Below are positions 19,030 to 29,549 of a stretch of DNA of 64,000 bases, in pieces. The notes below the pieces were generated by a model, which saw nothing but the letters and a program-made list of their open reading frames with translations, was not told where the DNA came from and searched no databases. Each line of letters opens with the position of its first letter. The stretch's first letter is position 1. The position numbers were made by a program, and so were the translations under genes. The DNA is taken from the NCBI GenBank assembly GCA_965261115.1, contig OZ253447.1:2887625-2951624 (forward strand), read 5' to 3'. This DNA is from Candidatus Poribacteria bacterium (lineage in GTDB: Bacteria; Poribacteria; WGA-4E; WGA-3G).

Positions 19030-22000
19030 CTAACGGATAATAGAAAGTTTCCCAACACGCCGATCCGAGTCAGACGAAAGCACATAGATATAAATACCGC
19101 TACTGATCCCCGATACATTCCAAACTTTTTTCTCCCGCTCACGTTCCGTCTTAGCGAACGACGCAATACAGTTACCACTAACATCGTAGATATAAATATT
19201 AGTCCCCACAGGCAGGTTATCAAACGTAACCTGATCGTATTCTACAGGATTCGGATAGACAATTGTCTCTGTAAGTTTGGCGGATGGCAGCGTTATCGTC
19301 AGTGTTGTTGCACCGTCTTCAAGGTCGGCACCGTGTATGTCTGAAAGTTGTAATGCCTCAATCTGATAGCGGCTGCCCGTCCGAAAGACCACAGCAGGAA
19401 ATGTGAGCACAACCCGCTGTCGCGTCTTATCAAGAATCGCCGAACGAGGTGTGTAACGTTCCGACCCGCTTTCTATATCGTGCTGCTTGTCGAGGCGGTA
19501 GCGTCCAACCTGTGCCGCGGAAATCCCCATCGGTTTGTCAAACATCAATGAAAGTTGATTCGGTGGCGAATACACCACGTCGCGCAACCGCGGTCGCCGA
19601 GTTGCAACAACAGATACCGGTGTAGATTGCGCTGACAATTTACCCTTTGAATCTCGATACGTAAGCCCGTACCAATAAGTTTGCCCTGTTGTGAGTCCTG
19701 TGTCTGTAAAGCTTGTCTCCTGAATCCCTTCGCGAATCTGTTTCAGTGAATCCTTACTTTCACCACGATAGAGGGTATATGTTGCAGCGTTTCGCACTAT
19801 CTGCCACGAAAGCCTCACGGATGTCGATCCAATAGGTTTCGCGGTAACCCCCCACGGTTCCCTGAACTGGTCCCTTGATTGCAAGTTCAAGGCTGTAGGT
19901 GTTCCAAAGACGGTTAAGGCATTGTTGTTATTGAACAACAAAACATTCGCACCATCCCCATTCGTATCTACTACAATCGGATTGAAAGTGTTTGTCGCAG
20001 CATGATGCCAGATCGGACGATAATCTATGCCATCATATTGCACAAGGTAGCAGTTCGGCGCGAGGGTAAGGCATAATTCATTCCGTCCGTCGTTGTTCGC
20101 GTCCGCAATCGTCATCCCGTTCCCACCATCTCGCACATCACGAATACGTTGTGTCCATGCGGGACGGTAAGTATTATCGCCATCGGACGTGAAAACAGTT
20201 AAAAGCCAGTGGTTATACCGATTGTCAAGTGTGAGGGGACCGACCTCAGTACCTGTCATCGCGCAGACAGCAAACTCCGCTTTACCATCACCATCCATGT
20301 CCCCGGCAGCAAAGAGTTGAGCACTACCTTCCGGCAGTCTAACTGTCCATGTCTGTCCATATTGGTCGTTTCCAATCGTCTCGTACACAAATAGATCCCC
20401 GTCATTATCCCCAATTAAAATTTCCATCTGTCCATCGTTATCAAAATCACCTGTGGCAGCATTCGCACGGATGCCGTTATTGCCTAACGTCGGATTTTCA
20501 AGGGTAGCGATAGTGCGATGATTGTTATTTCCGTCTGCTTCGTATACCAAAACGGAATTGGTGGTATCGTCGCGAGTAAAAATCTCAGGCTTGTTATCTG
20601 CATCCGCATCTACGATTGCTATGCTCCAATTCCCTTGTGATTCCCAGATACGTTCCGTTGGAAACCCGTTTTGTGTGGGCTGTTCCAATAAGAACGTCAC
20701 ACTCGGAGAATTACACAGTATCTCTATAAGTCCGTCGTCGTCTGTGTCCACGACCGCCCGCGGTAGGAAGGGTTCAGGGAATGCGAAGATTTGTCTAAAT
20801 GTCCCATCATCCGCGATCTCAATAATCTGTACCAGATTTGTACCCATTTTCGCAGTGATAAGCTCGAGTCTTCCGTTTCTATTTATATCCACGGGTGTGT
20901 CTACAGCGTGCAACGCATCTGCGGTTGGTGTTCCTACTGAGAGATGCAATGGATAAATCGGCGCGTTTTGAACCTCAATCTCATACAATACACCTTTGTT
21001 GTCATCAACCCACAACACTCCCGCGCGATTTGCCACGGACAAACGATACCTATAAGCACCAGCGGATATACCTAAATCAGGCAAATTCACGATATGAAGA
21101 AGATTCTCTGAATCTGAGCGGACAGTCCTAACGACGCTCCCGTTTGGCTGAAATATTTCTATGCCGCCAATAGATACTTCATCTGTCTGCCACATCACTA
21201 CTGATTCAACGTTGTTTCCGACAAACCATGGCTGCGATTCATGCATAGAAATGTGTGGGACCATCCGATTCACTTCAACGACGGTCCTGTCTCTTTTGAT
21301 GTCGCCGTTTCTCGATTTAACGCTCAGCCGCACTGTATATTGACCCTCCGATAAGCCGGAAGTATCCCACTTGTACAAGCAGACATTGAATTTCGGTCTC
21401 GTTTGCACAGTTCCCAACGGAAACCATAAATCCGGTACTTCACCGATCCCATATTCTAACCGATACTCAGTAAATCCAATCCCACCGGCGCTGCCAAAAA
21501 TCTCAATTTCTCCAACATTACTGGATTCTGTAGTTTGTAGGGACACCTGATGAGTATCAATTTGTGCAATCAGCCCTGTTGAAGCAGTAAGTGCGGCGGA
21601 CGCATCAACCAAACCGCCACCAACGAGACTACTAATAAAAAGCGGTCCTGCAGTGCTAATGAGGGTTGCCTGAATCTCTGCCTTAGTATAATTCGGGTTC
21701 GCTGACAAAACTAAAGCAGCAACGCCAGATACATGCGCAGCCGCCATGGAGGTACCAGATAAGTTTTGATACCCACCGTTCAAATCGGTACTGAGAATTT
21801 CGACACCTGGGGCAGCGACGTCAATTGTCGCACCGAAATTGGAATCGGCGTACAGCTGCCGCTCCGCATCAATCCCCGCTACGGAGATAACAGTTTTCAG
21901 CCCGGCAGGGTACAACGATCCGACTGCACCATCATTTCCAGCGGCAGCAACCAGCACACACCCACGGGCGTAAGCATACGCTACAGCGTCTTCTATGATA

Positions 22001-22896
22001 AAAGCATTCACCGTGTCTCCCCAACTCATGTTAATCACCTGTGCACCGTTATCAGCAGCATAAACAATAGCAGCGGCAGCGTCGTCATTTTGGAAATATG
22101 TACCACCTCCAAATTTGAAACCGGCTCTCACAGGCATCAAGCGGCAATTCCAAGCGATCCCCGCGATCCCAATCCCGTTGTTCGGCCTCGCCGCGATGAT
22201 ACCAGAGACGTGTGTCCCGTGTCCTGTTTCGTCCTGCGGCTCGTTATCTCGTACTTTCCAATCGCCGTTACCAGATAGAACGGGCGCGTCGCTAAAGTCC
22301 CAACCGTGAATATCATCAACATAGCCGTTTCCATCATCATCAATCCGGTTCCCGCGGATCTCACCAGCGTTTTGCCAAAGCTGCGAACGAAAGTCCGGGT
22401 GTTGTATATCTATACCGCTATCTACAACCGCTACTGTTACTGCTGGATTCCCCTGTTCAAGATGCCACGCTTGCGGCATATTCATTAAAACTAAATTCCA
22501 CTGTTCACGATAGTTCGGATCGTTCGGAGTTGTTTCGGCACAAGGGCGATTGAGACGGTTCATCTCAACCGCTTCAATTGCAGGATGCCTTGCATACCGT
22601 TGCTGCAACGGTTCTAATGCCCAGTCTACTGGAAACCGAATGAGATGGTTACGACGGAGACGTGGATGTTGTCCGGCAGGTGTAGTCGGTGAAAAAACAG
22701 GCGAAACAGATAGCGCACCGAGTTTTCTACTCAACGCGTCAAGATGCTTGCTGGAAACATCCGGACGTAGACGTACAATCAGTTCACCGGGGGTATAAAA
22801 CCTTTGAGAAAAGCTGTCTGAATTGCTCTGTGCAAAGACGAATTGGACATTTATGAACGACACGAGAATATAGATATAGATAGATATTTTCGTCAT
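19030..22896 (-). CDS. Secreted S8 (subtilisin) family peptidase with FG-GAP/VCBS repeats, an FN3-like region and a T9SS C-terminal sorting domain.
   Basis: Signal peptide. Catalytic D (VAVVDSGID), H (HGTHVSGII) and S (GTSMAAAHVSG). C-terminal tail VYPNPV...IYIYDVSGNCI...SGIYIYVL...KLSII matches the T9SS CTD pattern. Confidence 0.85.
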   Translation of the reverse strand: MTKISIYIYILVSFINVQFVFAQSNSDSFSQRFYTPGELIVRLRPDVSSKHLDALSRKLGALSVSPVFSPTTPAGQHPRLRRNHLIRFPVDWALEPLQQRYARHPAIEAVEMNRLNRPCAETTPNDPNYREQWNLVLMNMPQAWHLEQGNPAVTVAVVDSGIDIQHPDFRSQLWQNAGEIRGNRIDDDGNGYVDDIHGWDFSDAPVLSGNGDWKVRDNEPQDETGHGTHVSGIIAARPNNGIGIAGIAWNCRLMPVRAGFKFGGGTYFQNDDAAAAIVYAADNGAQVINMSWGDTVNAFIIEDAVAYAYARGCVLVAAAGNDGAVGSLYPAGLKTVISVAGIDAERQLYADSNFGATIDVAAPGVEILSTDLNGGYQNLSGTSMAAAHVSGVAALVLSANPNYTKAEIQATLISTAGPLFISSLVGGGLVDASAALTASTGLIAQIDTHQVSLQTTESSNVGEIEIFGSAGGIGFTEYRLEYGIGEVPDLWFPLGTVQTRPKFNVCLYKWDTSGLSEGQYTVRLSVKSRNGDIKRDRTVVEVNRMVPHISMHESQPWFVGNNVESVVMWQTDEVSIGGIEIFQPNGSVVRTVRSDSENLLHIVNLPDLGISAGAYRYRLSVANRAGVLWVDDNKGVLYEIEVQNAPIYPLHLSVGTPTADALHAVDTPVDINRNGRLELITAKMGTNLVQIIEIADDGTFRQIFAFPEPFLPRAVVDTDDDGLIEILCNSPSVTFLLEQPTQNGFPTERIWESQGNWSIAIVDADADNKPEIFTRDDTTNSVLVYEADGNNNHRTIATLENPTLGNNGIRANAATGDFDNDGQMEILIGDNDGDLFVYETIGNDQYGQTWTVRLPEGSAQLFAAGDMDGDGKAEFAVCAMTGTEVGPLTLDNRYNHWLLTVFTSDGDNTYRPAWTQRIRDVRDGGNGMTIADANNDGRNELCLTLAPNCYLVQYDGIDYRPIWHHAATNTFNPIVVDTNGDGANVLLFNNNNALTVFGTPTALNLQSRDQFREPWGVTAKPIGSTSVRLSWQIVRNAATYTLYRGESKDSLKQIREGIQETSFTDTGLTTGQTYWYGLTYRDSKGKLSAQSTPVSVVATRRPRLRDVVYSPPNQLSLMFDKPMGISAAQVGRYRLDKQHDIESGSERYTPRSAILDKTRQRVVLTFPAVVFRTGSRYQIEALQLSDIHGADLEDGATTLTITLPSAKLTETIVYPNPVEYDQVTFDNLPVGTNIYIYDVSGNCIASFAKTEREREKKVWNVSGISSGIYIYVLSSDSDRRVGKLSIIR

Positions 22897-23061
22897 GATT
22901 CTTTGTTTATTTACTGGCTCGGATTGCCTCCGTTTTGTTGGGACTATACTGGCTGTATTTACCTGCTATGTATTTAGAATTGCATTTCTAAATCCAATCT
23001 GATATATTAATAGTATGGATTTCAGAGAGAAAAAACAAATATTTTTGTATGTTCTCATAAA

Positions 23062-23200
23062 GATAACTTACACATTCCTCTTAAAGTCCCCCTGATAAGG
23101 GGGATTTAGGGGGTGTTTTTGATAGGGTGTTTCTTAAAAATACCGAAACTGCTACTTTTGCGTAAAAGTGTCGCATATTTACTCAATTTGCGTAAGTCTT
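23062..23200. repeat. Family-A MITE-like repeat (copy 3). Left TIR degenerate (AACTTACACATT), right TIR GCGTAAGTCTT. Contains GTCCCCCTGATAAGGGGGATTTAGGGGG.
   Basis: Shared blocks with 44631 and 51643 copies. Confidence 0.65.
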
Positions 23201-23222
23201 AATAAATATAAGGAATAAACGC

Positions 23223-24860
23223 ATGAAAGCCTCAGAACTCACCGTAAAATGTTTGGAAAACGAAAACGTTGATTATATTTTCGGGATACCGGGCGAAGAA
23301 AACCTGGATCTCATGGATGCCTTATTGGAATCCGAAATTCAATTCATTCAAACGCGCGACGAACGCGGTGCCGCCTTCATGGCAGATGTCTACGGTCGCC
23401 TCACTGGGCGCGCCGGTGTCTGTCTCGCCACCCTCGGTCCCGGAGCCATGAACCTCGTCACCGGAGTCGCTGATGCCAATATGGATAGAGCACCGCTCGT
23501 CGCAATCACCGGGCAAGCCAGCCTGGACAGGATGCACAAGGAATCGCATCAATACATGGATGTCGTCTCTGTTTTCAAACCGATGACGAAATGGAATACG
23601 CTCCTCCATCTACCCGAAATCATCCCCGAATCAATAAGCAAAGCCTTCAAAGTCGCAACAGGTGAAAAACCCGGTGCCACCCATATCGACTTTCCTGAAG
23701 ATGTAGCAAAGATGCAAATCGACGCGGAACCTGTCCCACACGACTTTCCCAGTGAAGCGGAACCTGTCGTCTCTTGTTTGCAACGCGCCGCACAGTTGAT
23801 TAATGATGCGAAACAACCGATTATCCTCGCAGGCAACGGAGTCATCCGTCAAAACGCCTCCCGGATGCTGACCCAATTCGCAGAAATGACCAATATTCCT
23901 GTTGCACACACCTTTATGGGTAAAGGCAGCATTCCGTGGACGCATCGACTCTCTCTTCTGAGTGTCGGGTTACAAGCACACGATTTTGTTTCCTGCGGAT
24001 TCGACCGCGCAGACCTCGTTATTGCCATGGGCTATGATATTGTCGAATACCATCCAAGCCTTTGGAACCCAAATCGGGACAAAAAACTCATCCATATTGA
24101 CACCGAACCGAGTGAAAGCGATGCCGCTTACGTCACTGATGTCGAAATGGTGGGCAACATCCGCCAGAGTCTCAGACACCTCATGGCACAAGAAATTTAT
24201 CCCAAAGATGCGGAATACGCCTCAAACACTTTAAGGAAAATCATACTCGATCAACTTGACGAGCATCGCGATGACGCAGATTTTCCGATGAAACCCCAAA
24301 AAGTTCTCAGCGATATCCGTTCCGTACTCGCTGAAGACGATATCCTTATTTCCGATGTCGGCGCACACAAAATGTGGATTGCACGCATGTATCCATGTTA
24401 TCAACCCAATACATGCATCATTTCCAATGGATTCGCCGCTATGGGGATCGCGCTCCCCGGGGCTTTCGTCGCCAAACTCATCTACCCAGAGCGTAAATGT
24501 TTGGCAGTCTGCGGCGATGGTGGGTTCATGATGAACTCGCAGGAACTCGAAACCGCTGTCCGAACCGGTGTTCCTTTTGTGACCCTTATTTTCAATGATG
24601 AGGCTTACGGACTCATTGAGTGGAAACAGATGAACGGCTTTGGTAGACCCGCACACATTGACTTCACTAACCCCGATTTTGTTAAGTATGCTGAAGCCTT
24701 CGGTGCCAAAGGTTACAGAGTTGAAGGCAGTGACGAACTCGTCCCAATACTCAAAGATGCGTTTAGGCAGCAGGTGCCTTCGGTCATTGATTGCCCTGTC
24801 AACTACGCAGAAAATCTACGTCTAACGGATGAACTTGGACAACTCACATGCCCAATTTAA
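23223..24860 (+). CDS. Acetolactate-synthase-like thiamine-pyrophosphate enzyme (second TPP paralog, possibly catabolic AlsS-like).
   Basis: 545 aa. TPP_enzyme N/M/C architecture (GIPGEENLDLMDAL, ATLGPGAMNLVTG, GDGGFMMNSQE). Confidence 0.8.
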   Translation: MKASELTVKCLENENVDYIFGIPGEENLDLMDALLESEIQFIQTRDERGAAFMADVYGRLTGRAGVCLATLGPGAMNLVTGVADANMDRAPLVAITGQASLDRMHKESHQYMDVVSVFKPMTKWNTLLHLPEIIPESISKAFKVATGEKPGATHIDFPEDVAKMQIDAEPVPHDFPSEAEPVVSCLQRAAQLINDAKQPIILAGNGVIRQNASRMLTQFAEMTNIPVAHTFMGKGSIPWTHRLSLLSVGLQAHDFVSCGFDRADLVIAMGYDIVEYHPSLWNPNRDKKLIHIDTEPSESDAAYVTDVEMVGNIRQSLRHLMAQEIYPKDAEYASNTLRKIILDQLDEHRDDADFPMKPQKVLSDIRSVLAEDDILISDVGAHKMWIARMYPCYQPNTCIISNGFAAMGIALPGAFVAKLIYPERKCLAVCGDGGFMMNSQELETAVRTGVPFVTLIFNDEAYGLIEWKQMNGFGRPAHIDFTNPDFVKYAEAFGAKGYRVEGSDELVPILKDAFRQQVPSVIDCPVNYAENLRLTDELGQLTCPI

Positions 24861-24861
24861 C

Positions 24862-24950
24862 GCTTTCTGTAGGAGCGAGTGTTTTTGCTTGGGGTATTTG
24901 CTTGGGGTATTTGCTTGGGTGTTTCTGCGTATTTCTGCGTATTTCTTGTC
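24862..24950. repeat. Partial family-A repeat (tail module TTTTGCTTGGGGTATTTG x3 + TTCTGCGTATTTCTGCGTATTT).
   Basis: Same tail as 2761-2825. Confidence 0.55.
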
Positions 24951-25074
24951 GCTCGCGATCCATAATGATTGCTGATTTTATATTTTACGCTTCATTCAGA
25001 CGCTAATCGTGGTTTTAGTCTATTTGCTTTCGGAGATACTTCGTTTTTTCTAAAGGAGGACACAGTACCTAAAA

Positions 25075-26115
25075 ATGGCAGTTTCAACAATTGAGTGGGC
25101 AGACGGCAGAATTCGGATGATTGATCAGACGCTGTTACCCAACGAATTCAAGCACATTTATTGTGATGATCTCCCTTCAACGTGGGAGGCAATTAAATCT
25201 TTGCGGGTCCGAGGCGCGCCCGCCATCGGCATCGCTGGCGCATTGGGCGCAGTACTCGGAATTTGGAATTCCACCGCGAAAACCTACGAGGGATTCGCTG
25301 CTGAACTCAAATCCGCAACCGATTACCTCGCAACATCGAGACCGACAGCCGTCAATCTTTTTTGGGCACTGGATCGAATGACCCGCACAGCAGAAGAAAA
25401 CAGTCATCTCACAATTCCTGAACTCAAAGAAGTCCTGCTCGCTGAGGCGCTGGAAATTATTGATGAGGATAAGGCAATGTGTCGGGCTATCGGGCAACAC
25501 GGCATGGCGTTGCTGAACGAAAACGATACCATTCTGACGCACTGCAACGCTGGTGGACTAGCTACATCTGACTACGGCACGGCGTTGGCTGTTATGTTTA
25601 GCGCACACGAAGCCGGTAAACAAATCCAAGTTTACGCCGATGAGACGCGCCCCTTACTGCAAGGCGCACGCCTCACTACTTGGGAACTCATGCAAGCAGG
25701 GATTGATGTAACCCTTATCTGTGATAACATGGCGGCACAAGTCATGAAAGAGGGCAAAATCCAATGCGTTATTGTCGGTGCTGACCGGATTGCTGCAAAC
25801 GGTGACACCGCGAACAAGATCGGCACCTATAACGTCGCTATCCTCGCAGAGGCACACGGCATCCCATTTTATGTTGCTGCACCCACTTCGACGCTCGACT
25901 TCGCCCTTGAAACCGGAGCAGAAATTCCTATTGAGCAGCGGGCAGCAGAAGAAGTAACAGAAGGATTCGGCAAACTTACCGCCCCGGAAGGCGTGAAGGT
26001 TTACAGTCCCGCATTCGATGTTACGCCGGCAGCGTTAGTCACAGCGATTATCACCGAAAAAGGGGTCGCACGCGCTCCCTATACAGATAGCCTAAAGGCG
26101 TTACGGGACTCGTAG
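25075..26115 (+). CDS. mtnA: S-methyl-5-thioribose-1-phosphate isomerase (methionine salvage).
   Basis: 346 aa. eIF-2B/MtnA family (IRMIDQTLLP, VRGAPAIGIAGA, CDNMAA). Confidence 0.85.
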   Translation: MAVSTIEWADGRIRMIDQTLLPNEFKHIYCDDLPSTWEAIKSLRVRGAPAIGIAGALGAVLGIWNSTAKTYEGFAAELKSATDYLATSRPTAVNLFWALDRMTRTAEENSHLTIPELKEVLLAEALEIIDEDKAMCRAIGQHGMALLNENDTILTHCNAGGLATSDYGTALAVMFSAHEAGKQIQVYADETRPLLQGARLTTWELMQAGIDVTLICDNMAAQVMKEGKIQCVIVGADRIAANGDTANKIGTYNVAILAEAHGIPFYVAAPTSTLDFALETGAEIPIEQRAAEEVTEGFGKLTAPEGVKVYSPAFDVTPAALVTAIITEKGVARAPYTDSLKALRDS

Positions 26116-26116
26116 T

Positions 26117-27406
26117 TTACGCTGCTTTTGCTATGTTCGAGCGGGTACCGCTTATGTCAAAGCAATCGTACTGATTCGTATTCATAATCCGAGTCGCAAA
26201 CGCCATCGCCTGTTTTTCCGTGAGGTAACCGTCAGCAATTTCGGCTTCAAGGGCGCGTCGGATTTCGTTCCGTGCTTGGATCGCGTACGCCATCGCACTG
26301 GTCGGCCACCCCGTATCACCGCCGAAAGCGAACAATTTATTTGACGGCACCGCATGGATACACCGACGCAGGAAATCACGCGAACTATACGGATCAATGC
26401 TCCATGCCCAGCAGAAATCAACCCAGATGTTGCGATAGTGCTTGGCAAGCGCGACCAGTTCATCGTTGTAGGGGTAAGCAATGTGCATCAGAACAAACTT
26501 CGCGTCAAGATAACGAGCGAAAAGCGCACACATATTGCCAGCAGGGATACGACGCACCGGCATCCGGTCATTACCGGCATAATAGCCAGTGTGAATTTTG
26601 AAAGGGAGGTTGTGTTCAATTGTGAGCTCAACGCCACGCGCCCAGCACCAATCACCAAGGCACAAACGCGTCGCCTCATCAATATCTGAAGCGGATTTTG
26701 TGAGTACAGCGTTAAGTGCAGTAGAAGCCTCTGCATCGCTCCTTTCGCGCCAATCGAGCGTGCGGTTATAAGCATGTTGCGATTTTACAGCGATCGCACA
26801 AGGGGCGTGCTTAGCAAAGATCGTTTCCATAGCACGCTTGAGTGAGGCAAGGTCGTTAACTTCAACGCCTGTCTCCGCATGGATAGCACTCGGGTCAACC
26901 TGTCCACCACAGAATGTTGCCCACGAAAGATCGTAGAGAAAAAAATCGGGACCGGAGGTGTCCGGTGTGCACTGCCAACTAAAATCGTCTGTTTGAATGT
27001 GATCAAGGTTCGCGATGTCGTGTAAAATCTGATAACGCTTGCCCGGAGTGCGAAGCGTCTTTAGATTATTGGCACCCGCGAGTCCATCGCCTGTCAGTTC
27101 GTCGAGTCCATAGATGTGTTTCGCGATGAGGCTAACTGCCTCGCCATATCCAGTAAACTGCGTCGCTTCCCACGCTTCGCGGATACCTTCAAACCGTGAT
27201 GCAACGTCTTGAGAAGCGTCCATCAGGTTACCCATCGCTTCTGGGGAGGCACCGGCGGTTACCAAGTCCGCAGGCACATAGTTACCGAACAGATCTTGGA
27301 GGATATCAGGTCCATTCTCAACCCATTCAGCTTCGCGCTTCATGTGTTCGTGTGTATCAACAAGGCGAATGGATTGGATGTGGTGTGTTAAATCGGTGGT
27401 TGCCAT
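26117..27406 (-). CDS. Amidohydrolase-2 family metal-dependent hydrolase (TIM barrel).
   Basis: N-terminal metal-binding HxH (VDTHEHM). 429 aa. Confidence 0.65.
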   Translation of the reverse strand: MATTDLTHHIQSIRLVDTHEHMKREAEWVENGPDILQDLFGNYVPADLVTAGASPEAMGNLMDASQDVASRFEGIREAWEATQFTGYGEAVSLIAKHIYGLDELTGDGLAGANNLKTLRTPGKRYQILHDIANLDHIQTDDFSWQCTPDTSGPDFFLYDLSWATFCGGQVDPSAIHAETGVEVNDLASLKRAMETIFAKHAPCAIAVKSQHAYNRTLDWRERSDAEASTALNAVLTKSASDIDEATRLCLGDWCWARGVELTIEHNLPFKIHTGYYAGNDRMPVRRIPAGNMCALFARYLDAKFVLMHIAYPYNDELVALAKHYRNIWVDFCWAWSIDPYSSRDFLRRCIHAVPSNKLFAFGGDTGWPTSAMAYAIQARNEIRRALEAEIADGYLTEKQAMAFATRIMNTNQYDCFDISGTRSNIAKAA

Positions 27407-27496
27407 GAAAAATCTCCTATGAAAATTGAAACGGTGTATCCGTAGGTCTCGTACCAGGGCTATTTAGTTCTCGGTTTTTTCGTCCAATTTTGGACC

Positions 27497-27537
27497 CCCC
27501 AGGCCCGGTAGGTGCGGTTTGAAACCGCACCGGGCTT
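27497..27537. repeat. Family-B REP-like palindrome CCCGGTAGGTGCGGTTTGAAACCGCACCGGGC.
   Basis: Perfect hairpin. Related copies at 52436-52573, 55541-55660 and 41745-41790. Confidence 0.7.
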
Positions 27538-27606
27538 GAGAAAGAAGATTCAAAAACTTAGAAAATCCGATGATTTATCTAAAACTAAATCACCCTGATC
27601 TCGTAC

Positions 27607-27637
27607 TTGACAAATGTGTTGAGTTGTGGTTTAATAT
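27607..27637 (+). promoter_or_regulatory. Sigma70-like promoter (TTGACA-17-TTTAAT) about 340 nt upstream of the cold-shock-domain gene. Implies a long 5' UTR.
   Basis: Consensus -35 with a 5/6 -10. Long leaders are characteristic of csp genes. Confidence 0.45.
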
Positions 27638-27975
27638 ATTAAAATGTCTTGGCAACTTGTCTCTCTTTACGGTATTATAGCGTGGAATCTTAAACAGAGA
27701 AAAACAGAGAAGACGAGATTCGCTCTATTATAAGAGGGGCAACGGTTTGTGTCAAGAAAAACCGCACATTCGACAGAGCCATTTAGTTTTCGGCTTTTCA
27801 GTACGATCCAACGATGCTCGTACGCCATAAGGTGTGCTTACGGTACAGTTGAGTGGCTCTAACAAATTCGGGAGCCTCAGGTGTAGACTTCCAATGAATG
27901 TGAAATGCTCGCGCAGGAACGCGAATGGTTACAGTCGCCTTCTTGATGAGGGACCAGACCACAGGAGCATATATA

Positions 27976-28932
27976 ATGCCTACAGGACGGATTAAGTACT
28001 ATAATTTCGATAAAGGTTTCGGGTTTATAGCACAAGATAGCAGCGATGCGGATGTCTTCTTACACAGTTCCGCTATTAAGCAACCTGAATACGAAGAACT
28101 CCGCGTCGGGCAACGCGTGAAGTACAGTGTCGTCGAAGGTGAAAAAGGACTCGTTGCCCAAAACGTTGAAGTCTTATTGACACCAACGGAACGCCGCTGG
28201 CTGCGACAGGGGAAGGCGATTATCCCTCGCGGGTACGCCGGATTCCCAGGGCAGAACCAAGGGCAATTTACGAATGACGAGGCAGCACCCGCCTCTCAGA
28301 AAAAAGTAGACAAAACGGAATCAACTCGAGAGCGCACCGAGCGTGATGATGCCTTAACCCCTTCAGATTCAACATCAAAGCAACTCAGCCAACCCACCCC
28401 AACAAAAGAACCCCATGATGCAGATGCATCAACACAAGAAGGAAACGAACAACCTTCAAAGCAACTCAGCTTCGGTGACCTCTACATCCTCAAGCAAATT
28501 AACTTTGAAACATCAATGTTCTTCGCATTGTATGACGCTATACAACTCCCTGCTACTGTCCTTGAAATGACGCTTTCCAGCTTGACACTCAATAGCAATG
28601 GCAGCGAACAGCACATCCCTAAAACGGATGTTAAATATTGCTACAAAGATATTGATGCTGAGAGAGTTCAAGCAGCAGTACAGATTGATGAAGACGTTAA
28701 AACGCAGCAACTGAAACAATTACCCGCTGATGCACAGGCGTGTGAGATTGATACAGAAGCCGTGCGGCATGCCCGAAAAAATGGTGCCGCAATTCAGATT
28801 ACGCTTCGAGAGGGAGAAATCTTTCGCGGTACTGTGGATTGGGTGAGTCCTTATGAAATTAAACTCATTTTAGAGAATGGATCGAAGGTCGTTATCTTCC
28901 GGCACGCCATCTACAATCTTTCCGTAGATTAG
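27976..28932 (+). CDS. Cold-shock domain (CspA-like) protein with a long acidic linker and a C-terminal Hfq/Sm-like domain.
   Basis: N-terminus GRIKYYNFDKGFGFIAQD...DVFLHSSAI (RNP1/RNP2 motifs). C-terminus AIQITLREGEIFRGTVDWVSPYEIKLILENGSKVVIFRHAIYNL resembles the Hfq Sm1/Sm2 signature (YKHAIST). Start taken at MPTGRIKYY. Confidence 0.65.
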   Translation: MPTGRIKYYNFDKGFGFIAQDSSDADVFLHSSAIKQPEYEELRVGQRVKYSVVEGEKGLVAQNVEVLLTPTERRWLRQGKAIIPRGYAGFPGQNQGQFTNDEAAPASQKKVDKTESTRERTERDDALTPSDSTSKQLSQPTPTKEPHDADASTQEGNEQPSKQLSFGDLYILKQINFETSMFFALYDAIQLPATVLEMTLSSLTLNSNGSEQHIPKTDVKYCYKDIDAERVQAAVQIDEDVKTQQLKQLPADAQACEIDTEAVRHARKNGAAIQITLREGEIFRGTVDWVSPYEIKLILENGSKVVIFRHAIYNLSVD

Positions 28933-28942
28933 GTACTTCCCT

Positions 28943-29512
28943 ATGAAAGCATATTACGAACTCCTTGATGAGATTCAGCGTGATGTCCAACGCCTGCGTG
29001 AAGAATCCGGAGGTGTACCATGTCCATCCACCTGTTTCGCCTGCTGCCATAACACGGCGACAATGGCGATCAGTGAGGTTGAAGCTCGGGACCTAAAAAT
29101 CGGTTTGGAGGCACTGCCAGCGCAGCTCCGCACGCACATCCGTAGTAAAGCGGAACGCAGCATCAAAAAATTGGAGGCACACGGACACAATATCGAAACC
29201 ATCATGCCAGATACAGGCATGAAAGCGATTGGCGTGGTAAGAGGTACACCTGAAGGTGAATGTCCTATGCTCATCGGTGGTGTCTGTTCTGTTTACGAAC
29301 ACCGTCCGGTCATCTGCCGGGTCTGGGGATACCCAATTCATAACGGCAATGACTTAGCCTGCTGCCACAAAACCTTCCTCGGTAAACGGAATCGCTTCCA
29401 ACCCCTCAATTATAACCACTATTGGAAGACATGTCAAAACCTCAGCACCGAATTGGGTGCCACTCAGAAAACGCCGAACTGCTACCTCGTCGCGCAATTG
29501 CTCTCGGAGTAA
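28943..29512 (+). CDS. YkgJ-family Zn/Fe-chelating cysteine-cluster protein.
   Basis: CPSTCFACCHN ... CPMLIGGVCSVYEHRPVICRVWG pattern. Confidence 0.7.
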   Translation: MKAYYELLDEIQRDVQRLREESGGVPCPSTCFACCHNTATMAISEVEARDLKIGLEALPAQLRTHIRSKAERSIKKLEAHGHNIETIMPDTGMKAIGVVRGTPEGECPMLIGGVCSVYEHRPVICRVWGYPIHNGNDLACCHKTFLGKRNRFQPLNYNHYWKTCQNLSTELGATQKTPNCYLVAQLLSE

Positions 29513-29549
29513 AATCCTGACACACCATTTTTGGAACTGTGGAGGTTCC

